The notes beneath the pieces were generated by a model. It searched no databases and was not told the DNA's origin. It saw only the letters and a program-made list of their open reading frames with translations. Positions 14,758-29,683 of a stretch of 64,000 bases of DNA are shown here, in pieces. Both the position numbers and the translations under genes were made by a program. Each line of letters opens with the position of its first letter. Positions within the stretch are counted from its first letter, which is position 1. The DNA is taken from assembly GCA_046563655.1 (NCBI GenBank), contig CM102283.1, positions 7,068,001-7,132,000 of the forward strand, read 5' to 3'. This DNA is from Yuukianura sp. NJ FZ-2021 (taxonomy: Eukaryota).

Positions 14758-17700
14758 ATGTCCAAAGTAGGGCCCACCTTTTCCACGGTCCTTGACACGA
14801 ACCCACTTGGAGCCACGTATGAACTGGGCAAGTTCATTGGTTGTGCTGGACCAGAAAACGCTTGGAAGATTTACGATGCTCTGAGGAGGCAGGATGGCAA
14901 GGTAAGGCTATTGTTCCTACTATCACAGAATTAGAAGGAGAAAGTTCCATTATCATTTGCCACTTTCTCTTCGTAATTTATGTTAATTTTATTTATGTTT
15001 ACTCTTTTATTGCTACCAATGAAATGTAATTTTTCAAGTTTTTCAGTTTTTCAAAATTTTGGGCTAAAGGTTTCAAAGTTTTCCATTTTCGCCTATGTAA
15101 TACTACGAAAAATCCGAAATCGATGTTACAATTTTGTAGACTTAGAACAATTTGACTTTCAAAATGAGCCGAAGAAAGTTTCCGACATAATTTGTGAAAT
15201 GCTAAATTTTAGAAGGATTTTTCGTTTTCGTGTTGGATTTTAAGTTTTTAGAAGCTTTGGAAACGTGATTTTCGAAATTGAGTTTTTAGGCTGGATTTTT
15301 TGTGAACTTTGCAAACCTGCTAGGATTTTGTCAATATTCAATTTCAAAATTCGATTTTGGCTAAGAAATGTTGTTGTTTCCTTTTTTTATCTTCTTTTTT
15401 CTTTTTCAAAAAAAGTGTGTCCGCTGAACGTGTTTTTGATTTCAATTTTGATGGTTTTGTCACAGGAAGTATCAATATTTGTGTTTGAGAAGAGATGTGC
15501 AGAAAAATTGCACAAACCAAGGAGAAAGGAAACCATTACGGAGATTTTGAGATCCAGTGTTCGTCAACTTGAGAGATTTCGCCATCCCAGGATTTTACAG
15601 GTCAAATGTCATTACACACTTTCTATAATTTTTTAAGACTTTTCAAAAAAAAAAAAAACAGTAAAGTAAACAAAAACTAGTTCCAACTCAAACTTAATAA
15701 TTCACTATGTTTACTCTCCGCGTTTTTTGTTACTTTCCTACCAGATAATTGCTCCACCAGAAGAATGTCCCGAGACGTTGGCATTTGTGTCAGAGCCTGT
15801 TCGAGGTAGCCTAAACAACGTGATAAACTCTAACTTTTTGGATATTGAGCTTAAATATGGATTTCTTCAGGTAATCAAACTAAAAACTTTTTAAAAAACT
15901 CAAACAGAAAAAATTTAGGTTTTCTTTTTGAAAACTTTTGCAATAAACTCCTTTCCTTCGGTCCACGCCCATGAGAAAGTCTTATGGTGAAAGTCATGAC
16001 CATTTCGACTTTTGCCACTTTTCGATTCTTCGTTTCTTTTCTTGAAATTTTGATTTTGAAGATTCTCGATAACCCAAACTTATACTCACTTTTTGTCGTT
16101 GTGTCCTCCTTTCTTTTCCAGATCACAGAAGCAATCCAATATTTGCACTACAACGCTCGTGTGATACATAGAAATATCTGTCCTTCCAGCATCTTGATCA
16201 ATAAGAGAGGAGTTTGGAAGTTGGCGGGCCTGGAATTTGTAGAGCGTTGTAATGACGATGAAACTCCAATACTCTCCATTGCATGGACAAGTCGACTTCC
16301 CAAAATGGGACAACCTGCCCTTGATTTTATTGGTAAGTTTAAGAAATAGTATGAAAAAGAGCTAAGGAAAAAAGATGAAAATCGATTTTATGCCATAACA
16401 AAGACACTTTGCGACTCAATTTACTTACAAACTTTCCAGATTTTGCATGACATAATTTTCAATTTAGAAAAAGTAATATTCAATTTTCACCTTGTGATGA
16501 TGAAAAAATTTTCATCAAGTTACTACTACACCGCCAAACCTAAAATGAGGTTTTCACCTCAGTTGATTCTTTGATTTTTCTTGAGAAATATCAAAGTTAA
16601 TGTTTTCTGTTTTTATTTTTTTTTCGTAGTAATGTCCGTAATGTGCTCATTTTTCGAAATTTTGATTTGTATCTATTGCGTCATATCTTCTGTGTTTCAT
16701 GTCAACTTTGATTTGTTAAAGTATGTGTTTTCTCCGAAATGAACTTTCGAGTAAATAAGTTATCTCTGAAGTCGAAACTTTTCCCAAGGATTCCAGGAAA
16801 TGAAACAGAGAAAGTAAAAAAAAAAGTCACTTTTCAAAAATGTATTTTCAAAATGTCAGTCACATGTCATTCTGGAGACAAGAAAAACTGGAGAAGCTTT
16901 TGTAGAAGAGAAAAGCTTCTCCAGTTTTTGTGTTTCTTTTCTGCAACCTGGGTCTAATTTTGTTTCAATAATTTGTTGTTGTTTTTCTTTTGTTTCGAAT
17001 TTTTTTGTTTTGACAAAACTTTTGTTTTGTTTTGCAGCTCCTGAGATTCAAAAGACCTCAACTTGCTCAACAGCTTCAGATTGTTTTAGTCTCGGCCTTG
17101 TCGTTGCTGCCGTATTCAACGGAGAGTCACTGATCCAAGCCAATCACTCCTCCAGTAACTACCTAAAGCAAGTGGATCAATTGGAAAGTCTACTTCCAGC
17201 TCTCCTGCCCAAAGTACCCGTGCAACTCCAAGAAGCCCTTATTCGACTCCTCAATAAGGATCCAAGGGCCCGGCCCAGTTCACAACTTCTCGCACTCATC
17301 AAGTACTTTTCAGATCCAACAGTTCAGGCTCTCCAGTTCCTGGATGTTATTTCAATGAAGGACCCGTCTCAGAAGGCCTCGTTCTATCGGACACAACTTA
17401 TGGACGTCATTGGAATGATCCCAAGGGTAATTCACTCTAACAAACTTTCTCTACTCAGGAAAGTAGTTTACTCACATTTTCACACAAAGATAGGCTAGGG
17501 AAAACTTCCAGGCAAAGTGAAAACTTACAGTTTTGATTTCAAATCCAACTTCGTTTTTGGAAATTTCCTTTTCCCAAATGTAGAAATTCTAGACTCCAGA
17601 AATTCTCTTCTAAAGCTCAGGATTTTCCTTACACACCTCAGAATTTGTGTTTCGGAGCTCAGAATTTCATTTGTGGAGCTTAGAATTTCTATCCTGAAAG

Positions 17701-20700
17701 TTCAAATTTCCATTTTGGAATCTAGTACCTCTGTTTTAGACTAACAAAATTTAGTTTTTTGAACAAAAACAGTCAGCTGCAATTATTTCTAATGAGAATC
17801 TTCCTTTGTTATTCTTTCTCTTTTCTGCGCACAATAGAAACTTTGGTTCTCCAACATTTGGCCAGCACTTCAAAATGAAATGAGAACCCAAGAAGTATTG
17901 GCTGCCGTACTTCAGCCAATTCTTTTTCTAATTCGTGAAGCTACCCGAGAAGAGCTTGATTTCATCCTCATGCCTAGTTTTCGATTTGTATTTGCACAAC
18001 CCAAGTCCATTCAAGCGACAGTGACGCTGCTGGAGAACTTGAATGTGATTCTGGACAAGAGTCTTGACGATTCTCTCAAGGACGAAGTGCTGCCAATGCT
18101 TTTTGCAGCCTTCGGCAGTTCTACGGTCCAAGTTCAACAGGCAGCTCTCATCTGTACAAGTCTAATTAGTGCTCACTTGGACGAAGGGAGCATAAGGAGA
18201 ATCATTATGCCCAAGACTAAGTTGATTTACCAAGGATGTAACCAAGAGAACAAACTGACTCTGTCTGTACTCAAGTGTATTGAGGCTATTCTGGACAAAC
18301 TGGATCGTTCTCTCATAGTGGACGAAGTGCTTCCAATTCTCTACGATGTCAAGCTATCTGATCCTGACGTCGTCATTGAAGTTGTTCGTAAGTTTAAATA
18401 ATTTAGCATTCCAATTTCTTTTGTGGTTTTACCGAAAAAAAAAACAGAAGAAATTTTGGAAACAAAACTGTTATCGCGCGGCTTGGTTCAAAAAAGAGCG
18501 GTAAAAAAAAGTTTTCGATGCGGGTAGTGCAAAATGGCGGCGTGTAGTTTCTGTTTTGGCACTTTTTCTTTGTAGTTTGACTTGCTTTGAAAAAAAAACC
18601 TTTGATGTGGAACCGTGTAAGCTCCAGTTGGTAAAATATTGATGAAAATTTGCCGCAAGTTTTAGTTTACGGCTTGAGCAGGAGAATAATGGACAAGGAA
18701 AAAGATACATCAATATTGGACGGGGAAATTGTCGATGATTGATGTATCTTTGCTACACCTAACTATGTTTTGCCAGAAATGTGGTTACTTAAAATGATAT
18801 GTGTGTTTTTGACTTGAACTTCGACGTATTCAAGTTACAGTTGATTGATTTCCCTTTTTCATAAATTTACACGCCCTCATTTTAGTAAATTTTCCATTTC
18901 CAGAAATCCGAACCTCGTTTTGCAAAGTAGCTCGGTTATGAAAAAGAAAACTGACAAGTAGCTCTGTTATCAAAATTGAAAAGTTCGGTAAACAATTTTG
19001 AGGAATATCAAAACGACTGTCGGTTTTAGTTTTCGTAGAAAATTGACTTTTATAGATGTACAAATTGGATCAAGGTATGACATTATGACAAAGCAGCCAT
19101 AGAAATTATTGAATTTGAACCAATTTGTTATAATACTCTGGAATTGGAAAAATGAAATTTAGTGAAATTGAAGAGTATGAGGATTCAATTTGGTGAATTT
19201 TTTAAATCAAATCAATTATTTCGTTTTTGGAATTACTTGACCAATTTTGTTAACAAAAGAAAGGACGTTCGTGTGAAAACATGCTTTGAATCGATTCTGG
19301 CACTTAACACGCGACGGACATTTGGACTTATTCTTTTATGTATAATCAAAATCAAGCAAATTTTGAACCGCCAGAATTTCAAAAAGGCGAGGGAAGTTTA
19401 GTAGCAAATGGTGGAAAAATAAGCGTTTTGAACTTTGAACTAATTTGGACGCTTTTGAAAGGTCAATGCTACAAAATGAATGAGAGCACTTATTTTGGAA
19501 AAGTGGACGTTTTGAGGTTTTTGAGTGGCTAAATAATGGAAGTGCGGTGAGAGAAAGCACGGGGCGCGGAGCTTTCAAAATGAAAATGTTGCGGTGAGTG
19601 TCCTTTTGTATTTCTGTGTCTTCTACTATTACTATTAAATGCCTTGTAGAAATCTACCGTCGAATGCTGCTGGAGAAACGGCAAGGTCTTTCGATTAACT
19701 TAATGGCGACTCGCGTCCTTCCTTCGCTACTTCCGCAGACGGTCAACCCCAGTTTATCCCTCGAGCAATTCAGTATTCTCGTATCCACGCTCCAGGAAAT
19801 GCTGGACTCCATCGATCGAAATCAGCGTAATAAGCTCAAGCTGGACCATCTCACTGTAATACCCGTCGTCAAAACAAATCTCAGACACCAACGGTCCAGT
19901 GAACTCATTAGCTCAAGTACCGTCAAGATTGACGCTCGGAAGACGTCAAGTGCTGAAGATATGGTCAAAAGGAACGAACCTCCACAACAGGACAATCTCA
20001 ACTTTCTTCGAGTGGCCCCTCCACAACAACCGTATCGAAGACTTTCGGACAACACAATGATTTCAAATACACTTCGAGTACCTACCCCTTCAACAATCAA
20101 CTGCGATGATACGAATCTCCCCGCCAGAAGACATTCCAGCATTGGGCCAGAAGGACGTAAAAACTCTGTGGCTCAAGTCGTCGAAAAGGCACGGGTAACA
20201 CATTGTTCCATACACGACATGCGGCGCCAAAAGCTTCCACGCATTTTCTGCTTTCACTTCATCTTTTTTGAAAAAAGGGAGGAATTTTTTTTGCTTTGAT
20301 TGTCCGATAAAGAAAAAGCGAATTTTTTACTTCATGATTCTGGTTTTGATGGGAAAACAAACTTTTGCTTTCTCTTTTGCTATTTTCCAAGAAAAGAAGT
20401 TTATTCTTTGCTTTCTATTTTTGAAAAAGTCGTAAAATTCATGGCGTGAGTTTAAAAAAAAATACAGAAACGCATTTTTAGCTTTCCGCGCTTCTCAAAA
20501 ATTTTTTTCAACGACAGAATTTTCCACAGACTTCCCAAATTTTAATATTATACTAAAACTAAACAGATTTTTTTGTGTTTTCGCTCAAATTTTTCAAAAT
20601 TTTGGGTCGTCCTTTGTTTTTGAGATAAGCTTCTTGGAACTTGGTTTCTGTTTTGTAATGAGCGTCTTCTAAAATTAGAATGTTAATCTAAATTCCTTAT

Positions 20701-21419
20701 GCGCCGAACTCTCTAATTTTGAAAAGACAAAGCTCTGCGTTTTGCGCTTCAGCTGCATTTTTTATTAATTTCTGAAATTACTTTTTAAATAATGAAATCA
20801 TTTCCAATTCGCTTTCTCTCTGCGTTTTTGGCTGGTTTCACAAAAATTCAATTTAAGAATTATGAATTTCCAAGTTCTCGGTTTCAAAAAATGTCATCTC
20901 AAAATAAAACGTTATGGTTTCAGCCTAGATTTTTTTAATTTTTAGCACTTAAAGCCTCCACACTTATACACTTTTTAGACTGACTTTTTCAATTTTCAGC
21001 AACAGCCAACTTCTGCCTCCGCCTCTGCCGTGAACTCTCGTCGTTCCTCCGTTTTTCAACCCGGGTTGCTCCAGCAAATTGGAACTGGAGTGGTAAGAAC
21101 AAAAGAAACAAAAGCAATTAATGCGATTCCCAAAAAGTTCAAGTCTCGTCCCAAATCCAGCCTCCTTGTGCCAACAAGTAGAAAAAAAGTTAGGTTAGCC
21201 TAACCTAAAAAAAAGTTAGTAACTATATGATGAGAGGCACCAGATTTTAGCTAGAAATCCAGAAACAGAGCTAGGAGTATCATATCATCCCTTGCTGTTC
21301 CTAGGCTTAGACCTAACCTCTGGGATCTTCTGGAATATGACGAAAGTGAAAGTGAACTTTCTCCTTGTTTGTCTTTCTAGTATCAACTTTTCACCCAGAG
21401 CGGCCCAAGTCCTAAATGA
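14758..21419 (+). CDS. SCYL2: SCY1-like pseudokinase (SCYL2-like; kinase-like domain plus HEAT repeats)
   Basis: Exons ~14758-14901 (AGPENAWKIYDA), 15466-15600 (EVSIFVFEKR...LERFRHPRILQ), 15744-15870 (LAFVSEPV...ELKYGFLQ), 16122-16332 (LHYNARVIHRNICPSSILINKRGVWKLAGLEF), 17038-17426, 17838-18387, 19650-20194, 21000-21092, 21381-21419. The exact paralog within the SCY1 family is uncertain. Confidence 0.85.
17575..17742. repeat. Degenerate ~21-bp-period intronic minisatellite (core CTCAGAATTT)
   Basis: ctcaggattt, ctcagaattt, ctcagaattt, cttagaattt, ttcaaattt recur every 21 bp. Confidence 0.7.
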
Positions 21420-24070
21420 GTTACAGTCTAAGGGCTTTGGATCGTGCTGCCACTGAAATCAAAAGTTGAGGAGAGCTGGAGCTGCTGGTGCTGTCTGAAT
21501 CTCCAGATTTTCCTTGAACATGCTCCAGCGGAGGACAAGATGACGTTATGTGACATTAACAAAGTTATGCTACCATAAGGGGAAACAAATCTCGGATTAT
21601 CCCATACCATATCTTCAAACTGCGTTCACACATCATCATCATCGCATCATCATCCCAGAAAACGATGGTATATATCGACCTCTCTTGAAAAAAAAAAGTC
21701 TACTCACATAAGTTTCTTCTTGGATTCTTATTCATTCAGAGTTATATAAAAGCAGATTAAATATAAAAAATAAACAAGAGATAAAAATAGAAAATAATCC
21801 GCTTTCAGATCTTTGTTCTCTTTAGTGATGTAACCTATGGAGTGTGCAACAAAAATATTTTTCTTCTTCATTCTTTCTCGATGCGATGAGATCACCCTCG
21901 TCTTGGTTTCCAAAGGGCTACTTACGTATCCATAGTTCCAGATCCGCTATTTGAGGATATCCTCAATTTCCTAGTCCTCAAAAACATTTTCAGCTTTTGA
22001 GTAGCAATATTATGAAAAGTGAAGAATAGTGAGGACTTCAATCCACCAAAATCACAAACTTCATGAAATCCATCTCATACAAATCTGCACGTTTTCTAAT
22101 TTTGTTTAGAATGGATTAATATGAAGTTTTGAAAGAAGCGTGACAAACAGTTTTGGAAGAAAAAAAAATCATGTTTCGTAAACTTTTTTTTAAACCTTAC
22201 TTTCTCTTTTCGTCGGTTTCTATTTTCTTCGAAGCATGACATTCACGGCGCCTTTGAAAGTTACGCCGCCCCTACTTTTTCTTGTGATTCCAAAAATAAT
22301 TTCATTTTTGTATGAATTGTTGCTCAAATTAGCAGTGCCAGTCGCCACCTCTGTTCTATTTCCAATTCGGACTCAATTGAGCGGCCAAAATTACGTTTGA
22401 TCCTTCAATAGACACTGTGAAAGGCTCCTTAATTGGAAGAATAGGGGGAGCATTGGTGCTAGAAACGACTTCAATTCACTTTGCTTTCTTTTTCCCGCTG
22501 CCGTTCATAGTCAAAAGCGGATTTCCCTCGGGACCAATTTTTTAGCAGCTCCGCCTCCCCCTTGTCTACTTGTCTTTCTGAAGCCTCTTTAATAATCATA
22601 GTCAACCAGGCCACAACAAGTGTGTATTATGTCGCTTTCATTATTTTTTGTATTCAAAAGCAGTTGGTTTTTTAGTACAGTCGTAGCAAACCGCAGAATA
22701 TGCATTGGTAAGTAATGATTAAGTCCTATCAATCCATGTATGGAACAGACACATAGGGAATGGATCAGAAAAAAGTGCTTGTGAAAAAAGTGTGTTGAGT
22801 GCGGTGAATGTCTATGTCACTTCCTTTCAGAATCAACATGTCAATGTTAGTGTTGACGTTTCGCATAGCCTAGTCTAATATGAAAGTCTTTTGTATCCAT
22901 CTAAGTCTGACATGTCATTGCTCTAAAGGCTTCATCCCATCTCCAGAAGCTTCCAAGGCTCCAAGCCCTTTGCATGTATCCTCAAAGGATACAATTTCCA
23001 GAATCCTGCTTTTTGTTGTGTTGCTAAAAGCTGCTGGCGGAAATCGCGTTCGTCAGCTTTACGTAGAATAGAAGATGAGCTTGGAGCTAAAAAAAAGTTA
23101 CAAAAATATTCTGAACTGAATAAAAAAAAGTTTGTGTTTAGATGCTGACCTTGCGCTGTTTTCCTCAACAGTTGGCAAAGGAGTGAAAGTTTTTGGCGTC
23201 TTTTTGTGAATGGAAAATTTTTGGAACGAAAAAGCCGAAGCGAAGACGCTTGCGCTGAACGCTAAGCTCTAAGCGCTACATTTTTGAAAGCGCTGGAAAC
23301 CTCGGTCGCTGTATCCAATTCTCAAGCTGTCAGGGATTCATTCGGTGGTTTTTGGGTGAAAAAGTTAGAACTAAGCGAAAAGTGATATAGAAACCGAAAA
23401 AGTCCGAAGATGGTAGAAGCCGGGTGACAAGTCCAGGAGCGGAGGTTTGCGTATGACGTCAATCGGATTGATCGAAAAGTTTTCGCAAACTCCGTAACGT
23501 TCTTACTCCAGTCCCCGAGTGATATCGATTCAAAAACAGCCTCTCTTATAGTAACCACTGGAGGCTAACCTTACTTTTCCAGCTCCAGTATACCCCTCTA
23601 AGTAAATAGTACAGCACTATTCTCCAACTGGTAGACTTTTATTCCAGCCCACTTCCAGTAGAAAACCATAAGGTACACAATTGGAGTCTCCACTAAACTT
23701 CCTCTGCCAGTGCCATATTCTGGTGGGCTATTCAGCATTCATATCAGATCAGGCAGAGTTAATTGGAATTTTAGGAATTTTAGAGTGACTTAAGCTAGAG
23801 CTCGGTTTTCAGGGTCACTCGTGTTTTCTTGGTTCTGGGCCAACGAGAGACCAGGTCAAAGTCAGCCAAAAGTGAAAGTGAAATCGACTGTTTTCTCAAG
23901 CTTTCCATTCAAGAAAAAAATTCCACTTTTTTGAAAAAAAAACGGAATGAATGGGAAAATTATTAAGATGTTCTTATTTGACTGCTAACTGGAAGAGCCT
24001 GGAGATCTAGAACCTCACCAATTCCTACGACCATCACGACATTCCGATCATTCCAGGCACGACCAATATC

Positions 24071-26846
24071 ATGTTCTTCCCGTTTCTTGGATTCGGAGTG
24101 TTTCTCATCATCCTAACGGCAGCTTCTACTGAATCCGCTCCACGACAATTCTATCCGGGTAATTCACATTGTTTTTTATTTCAAAATGTCCTGTTTTGAT
24201 TTTGGAAGAAAAGATTTGAAATTTGACACGTTTTGTGAGATAAATCTTGCTTTTGAAACAAGAAAGAAAATGAAAACCAACATTCAGAAGCATTGCTTTG
24301 AGTTAGCAAATCAATTTTTCGTTTTCACTGGAACATGTATGAACAAAAATTTTGGAAAAAAAAATAGTTACGGACAGGAGAGTACGTAAACTGTGTAACA
24401 TGAAATGTTTTATGTTTTCAAAATTGCTAAAAATTTCAGCGGTTGCGAGAGAGAGCAGTGTAGTTGTTTTTGTATTGAAATCGAAACATTTTTGAAAAGG
24501 AAATTTTAACGTTTTGCTAAATCGTTGATGTGATTTGCCGGTGAAAGTTTAGAATTCCACTTTTTTATTCTCTTTTTTGAAAATATTTGAATTCTGAAAG
24601 GAGAAAGTCGTAGGCGGAGGACGTGCAAGTACGTGGAGCTTTGAGGAATTTGGGAATGCTTAACCACTGCCAAAATAAAGTCGATCATAAAACCCATGTC
24701 TTTGGCTTTCACCGCTTTCCAACATTTCAAACAAGCTGCTTAAATATTTAGGAACCGTCAAACTTTTTTTTTGTGATGTCAAAAAATTTTATAGCACTTT
24801 TTTTCTCTGAGATTTCGTACTCAATAGATGCTGTTCAGGCGGTAACAAAATTATGAAAATTTGTGCTTTGGGAAGCAACAGTAACATAGTTTTTCGAACC
24901 AGCTTGAAAATTATTCTCAAAAATGGTTTGCACATGCGCAAAGTCAAAACGGAGTTGAATTTTTAATGAGATTCTCATAATGTTAGGTTACAGCATTTGG
25001 TTTTGTAATTAAACTGCTCAAACAGCAATATTGGAAAATTTGACCTTGAAAGAGGTCAATCAATTCTAAACCACTTTTGATTCTTTTTTCAAAAAGGAAT
25101 CGAAGAAGACGATGAAATTGACAGACTTGCACAACTAGAGCTCGCCGGAGTCCATATTAACCCTGATGACCTTGCAGTTGACCTTGAGCTTCCAGAATAT
25201 TTTGGCGGGGGAAGAGTAGGGGACGGCGGGGGACGTTTTCTTGATGAATATCCACATGAGAAAGACTTTGTCAACAATTTGACCCCGAAGCAGCCAGGGG
25301 TCAAAGGTCATCGTCCTTTTGGGTACACCGCTGACAAACCAGAGTTTCACTTGCCACGAGAGGCTTTGGTGGCTTCGACAAATCGAGAACGAAATGAAAT
25401 CCAGGAGCCATTGGAAGAGCTTGGAAGGCATGAAGCTCCACCGCCACCGTATATGAAGAAAAGTAGCAAAAATTCGGAACTGAATGCTGTTCGTGGTGGT
25501 GGGGCTCGCTACAGCCCCACCAATGATCAAGACCTTGATAGCGGCGGTGGAGCCTCTACGGTGGCGGAGCACGTTGCTCCACCAAATCATGTCATGACTT
25601 CGTCACATCATTCGGACCATTCTGCAAATCCATATTACACCGCCACGACCGTCAAAGATTCGTCGTACTCGACGCTTTATATGGGTTAGTCAAAGTACCA
25701 AAAATTTTCCAATTTTTGTGGAATTCAAATTTTGCATTTTTTCCACCAAAAGTTCGGAATTTATTAACCTAACAATTTTCTGAGCTTTTTGTGACGATTT
25801 ATTAGACAATCTTAACACATCGTTAATAACATACCGGGGAGATTCTTATCAAAATTTGTGTTTTTCGTCGTTCTCGTACCACGTGACACCAAATGACATT
25901 ATGTCGTGTCAACCCTAACCTAATCAGAGTGCCGTTCACGTTAACATGACCTTTGCATGTTATGTTATGGTTTTTCAGTTATGGTTGCCGCCGGAAGTGC
26001 AATGGGAGTTGTTATACTCGTTGGAGCTGGAATATGTTGGTATCGCATCAATGAGCGGATCAAGGCCACTGCTGATGTTGACTACCCAGCTTACGGAGTG
26101 ACCGGGCCAAGCAAAGACGTGAGTCCAACTGGTGGTGACCGGAAGTTGGCCCAGTCAGCGCATATGTATCACTACCAACATCAGAAACAACAAATGGCTG
26201 CCCTTCAAAAGTCACCACTAGCAGCCGATGGACAGGGTTCGGCTGGATCGGATCTGGAGAGTGACGACGAAAATGAAGAAGGGGACTACACGGTTTACGA
26301 GTGTCCTGGATTGGCTCCCGTAAGTCAAAGTCATCGTGAATTGTGAAATCACACTTCACCGTGTCACTTCCAGGGTCAAGTAAGACGCCAAAGGCCCACT
26401 TTGTTTCGGTTGCTCTAACGTAACTCAGGCTTAACTTAACCTAGTTGGCCTAACTTAGGCTTAACTGGAAGTGACAAGTGAAGGATTGGAGTGTAATTTT
26501 GTCGGATTAAAAGCTACGATCTCTCGGTCTCTTCTGGAAGACCTTCGCCAAGGAAGTTTAAGCTTTACAAAGTTCTCGGTTGACTTTTTTTTTACCGAGA
26601 TTTACGAAAAAGCGGGAGACTGTGAAATTTATAAAGCAGAGGAGCTTGTTTTTGTTGATTTGACCTCCATTTTGGTCGTTTCTCGTTGTTTAGGCCGGTG
26701 ACATGGAAGTAAAGAACCCACTTTATCAGGATGAACCCACCCCAGCTACTCCACAAACAGTCAAGTGTGAAGATGGAGGAAGTGCTACGACTACGACTGA
26801 AGGCGGGAGTGGAAGCAGTGGTGGGGGCGGGGGAGGGGCCAAGTAA
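24071..26846 (+). CDS. NPDC1: Neural proliferation differentiation and control protein 1 (NPDC1/cab-1) homolog
   Basis: Signal-peptide exon 24071-24158 (MFFPFLGFGVFLIILTAAST), then 25097-25684, 25979-26319 (TM; DYPAYGVTGP...GDRKLAQSAHMYHYQHQKQQM...EEGDYTVYECPGLAP) and 26694-26846 (GDMEVKNPLY). These are hallmark NPDC1 cytoplasmic motifs. Confidence 0.92.
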
Positions 26847-29669
26847 GCCAAACATAACCTAAAGTAGTCGTGGTGGCGGAAATTTCAAGATGCGACAGAA
26901 GCTTTTCGATGTTTCAAACCGAGAACCTCATCATTCCAGTTCATGTCTCCAGTGTCTCTAGCAACCAAAATGGGAAAAAGAACCTAGTCCTTACTCCATA
27001 ATTATCCAGAAGTCTAGGCTAACCTAGTCTAAAAGCGATGACTTCTATTTCCGCTCTTCGACGCTGCTGGAACCCCACCCTCTCTGTTTCCCTGCTACTC
27101 TTGAAACCCCGCCCCCATAAAACTACTTCCATGACTACAGGACTGGAGAAGATGCTGATGCTGGAGATATTCCATTGGATGCTTGATCTAATATTCTCTA
27201 GTCAATCAATATTTTCTCCACAACAGCATCATCGCCGTAGCGTTACTCCTAAAACTATGATTTCCCTTATCTTTAAGCGCAGAGAATGTTAACCTAATCT
27301 ACTTTTTCTAATTTCTAATCTTCAGCGAAATATCAACCACACGGATACTCACTAATCCTCTGAATTCACAGATCCGAAAAAAACGAATTTTCAGAGCCGG
27401 CTATCCGCCGATAAAACTTTTTATCCTGTGAGCCTAATCATTAGATTCCGCATAGACAAAACCACATCGAAAATGATAATCTTCCGAAACATATTTTCAA
27501 AAAAGACCGCCATGTCACATGATCTTGAATAAGTTATGATCTTTGTTGTAAAAGGGCGAACAATACTAAACTATCCTCGTTTTCAGACACTAAATGTCAA
27601 CTTTTACGCCGTGTCAACCGAAATAACCAAAACCGCGACATCCATCTTCCCATTCACGTCATTCTTTTTTTCTAGCGCTGTTTTTGTCTCTTTCTCTTGT
27701 TCAAACAGTAGCACTTTATACCGTATGCCGGAAATTTGTCTTGTCCCGAAGGACATGTTATGGTCACATCACTTCCAGACCTTTTTCGTACCTGTCAATT
27801 TCAATGTCAATTTGTACTTTAGACTTATATACATTGGGAAACTTTAAAAACCGCGTTGATATCTCTTGTGTTTAAAAAAACGGTGTTGTGTCACATACTG
27901 TCCCATTAGTGGTTACACTGGTGCTAAGGTGAATGATACCGAATGCCCTTTTGACCTTTCCTACCTCGCCTTTCTCTTTTTAGTATCCAGCGGACACTGC
28001 AACTTCGTGAAAGCTGGTGCTAAAAAATGTTGTTCTAAACTGGAGACCGTTAAAGTATTAATAGATTTCGCGCGAAATTTTCACGCCGTGCTTTTAAATT
28101 ATTTTCACGCCGTATATCCATTTCCCTTAAAAAATATTTCCAAGCCCAAACAATCTACAATCGTAATTTTGAATCTAAAACTTTCTTTTTGTTTTAAAAC
28201 CTTTGATGTTTAAATATCATACTCATAACTTCTAGTTAACTTGTAGTTGTTTAGATTAACTTTTATGGTAACTAACGCTTAATTTTGAGTGACAAAAGAT
28301 GCTCGTGGGAAAAATTAGATTAACTGTGAAAGAGATTTAGCGAAGTTTTAGTTTCGTAAAATTTAGTTAGCAGGAGAGAAAATGAGCTAGGGAGGGCTTT
28401 GAGGTAAAAGAAAGTGATAGATGTTCCGAGAAAAATTAATTGAGCGGGAAACTACACTGGGGAAAAGTTAATTGATTTTCCAAAGGTGCTAACTATAACT
28501 TTCTCAACTTAAGGAAAACTTTTAGAAGTGAAAGATTGTTTAGTTAACTTTCAAAGTTTTCTGGAAAAAGAGAAAGTCACCACGGAATTAAGGACACTTT
28601 TGACAAGGGAACAAACAACGAGCCTTGGAAAACATTTCGTCGGTGTAGCAAAAGCGCTTTGTTCATGTCATACCTGAAGGGTGTGGTGGGTACTTGAGAA
28701 AGTGTCCCTGCAGGGCTGCAGTGTTTTCTGGGCTTTGATATTTTCGTAAGAAAGGAGCGAAAGTGGATTAACTTTTCCTGATTGCTCTTGGTTTGGGCTC
28801 GTAAACTTTCTCTTTTGATTTCTCTTAGATTTTCTAGATTTTAGAAAAGCTGAAATTAAATATGGATTTTTTGAGTGAGTGGGTGGGTGGCGTTTGATGT
28901 CGGAAATAGGCTTTTAGTGTTGTATTTTAGACTAAAAATTTTAGACTTCGGCTTTTAGACTTTTAGAATACTGGAGAGTACTGTAATATCTTTACACTAG
29001 TACTATAGGAATTGCGATGTGAATAGGAGGTTTAGTTGTGAATTTTGGAAAGAATCAATCAATTTTCTCCCCTGAGACTGAAAGGTGCTTTTTAAGTCGA
29101 AAAATGTTAATGTGTAAATTTTAAAATTTTAAAAATTTAAAACAAAATTATGAATAATATTATATGTTAAGGAAAAATATGTTGTAGGACTTAACCTAAT
29201 AGAGCTGAGCTGATGCATGTGATTTTGAATTTGATGTAAAACTGCCTAGAGAACTTTGGAAATTAGATTTTCAGAAAACGCTTATTGATTATTTAGAAAA
29301 GTTTTAAGTTTTGTTCAATATGTTACGTTTGCCTGTTAAAGATCTAATTGTTAATTGAGAGAATGATTCCTTCAATAGGAACGTCTTTTAAATGTAAAAG
29401 GGACGAGAGAATTCCAAAGTCTGTGACTGTGATTATTTTCAAAACCCGTTTGTTCACTTTTAGTAAACAAAATTTAATTTATTTTCGCTTTAGTTTTGGA
29501 ATAAGTTAAAATGAAAGTAAGAAAAATAAAAACAATTCGGAGAGTTTTACGTTGTTAAATGGTGTCGATATGGCTTTTGTCTGTGCAGAAACCATTTGCC
29601 TGTTTAAAAAACTAATGATTTTCCGCTTTGCAAAGATTTCTGACTTAGGCATAGGGAAGTAGGTTTTAC

Positions 29670-29683
29670 GTTGCTATGGAAAC
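29670..29683. promoter_or_regulatory. RFX X-box, probable IFT122 promoter element
   Basis: GTTGCTATGGAAAC matches the X-box consensus. Forkhead-like GCAAACA at ~29699, Inr-like TCAGTT at 29857-29862 and donor AAG|GTAAGC at 29964/29965 lie downstream. Confidence 0.7.
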
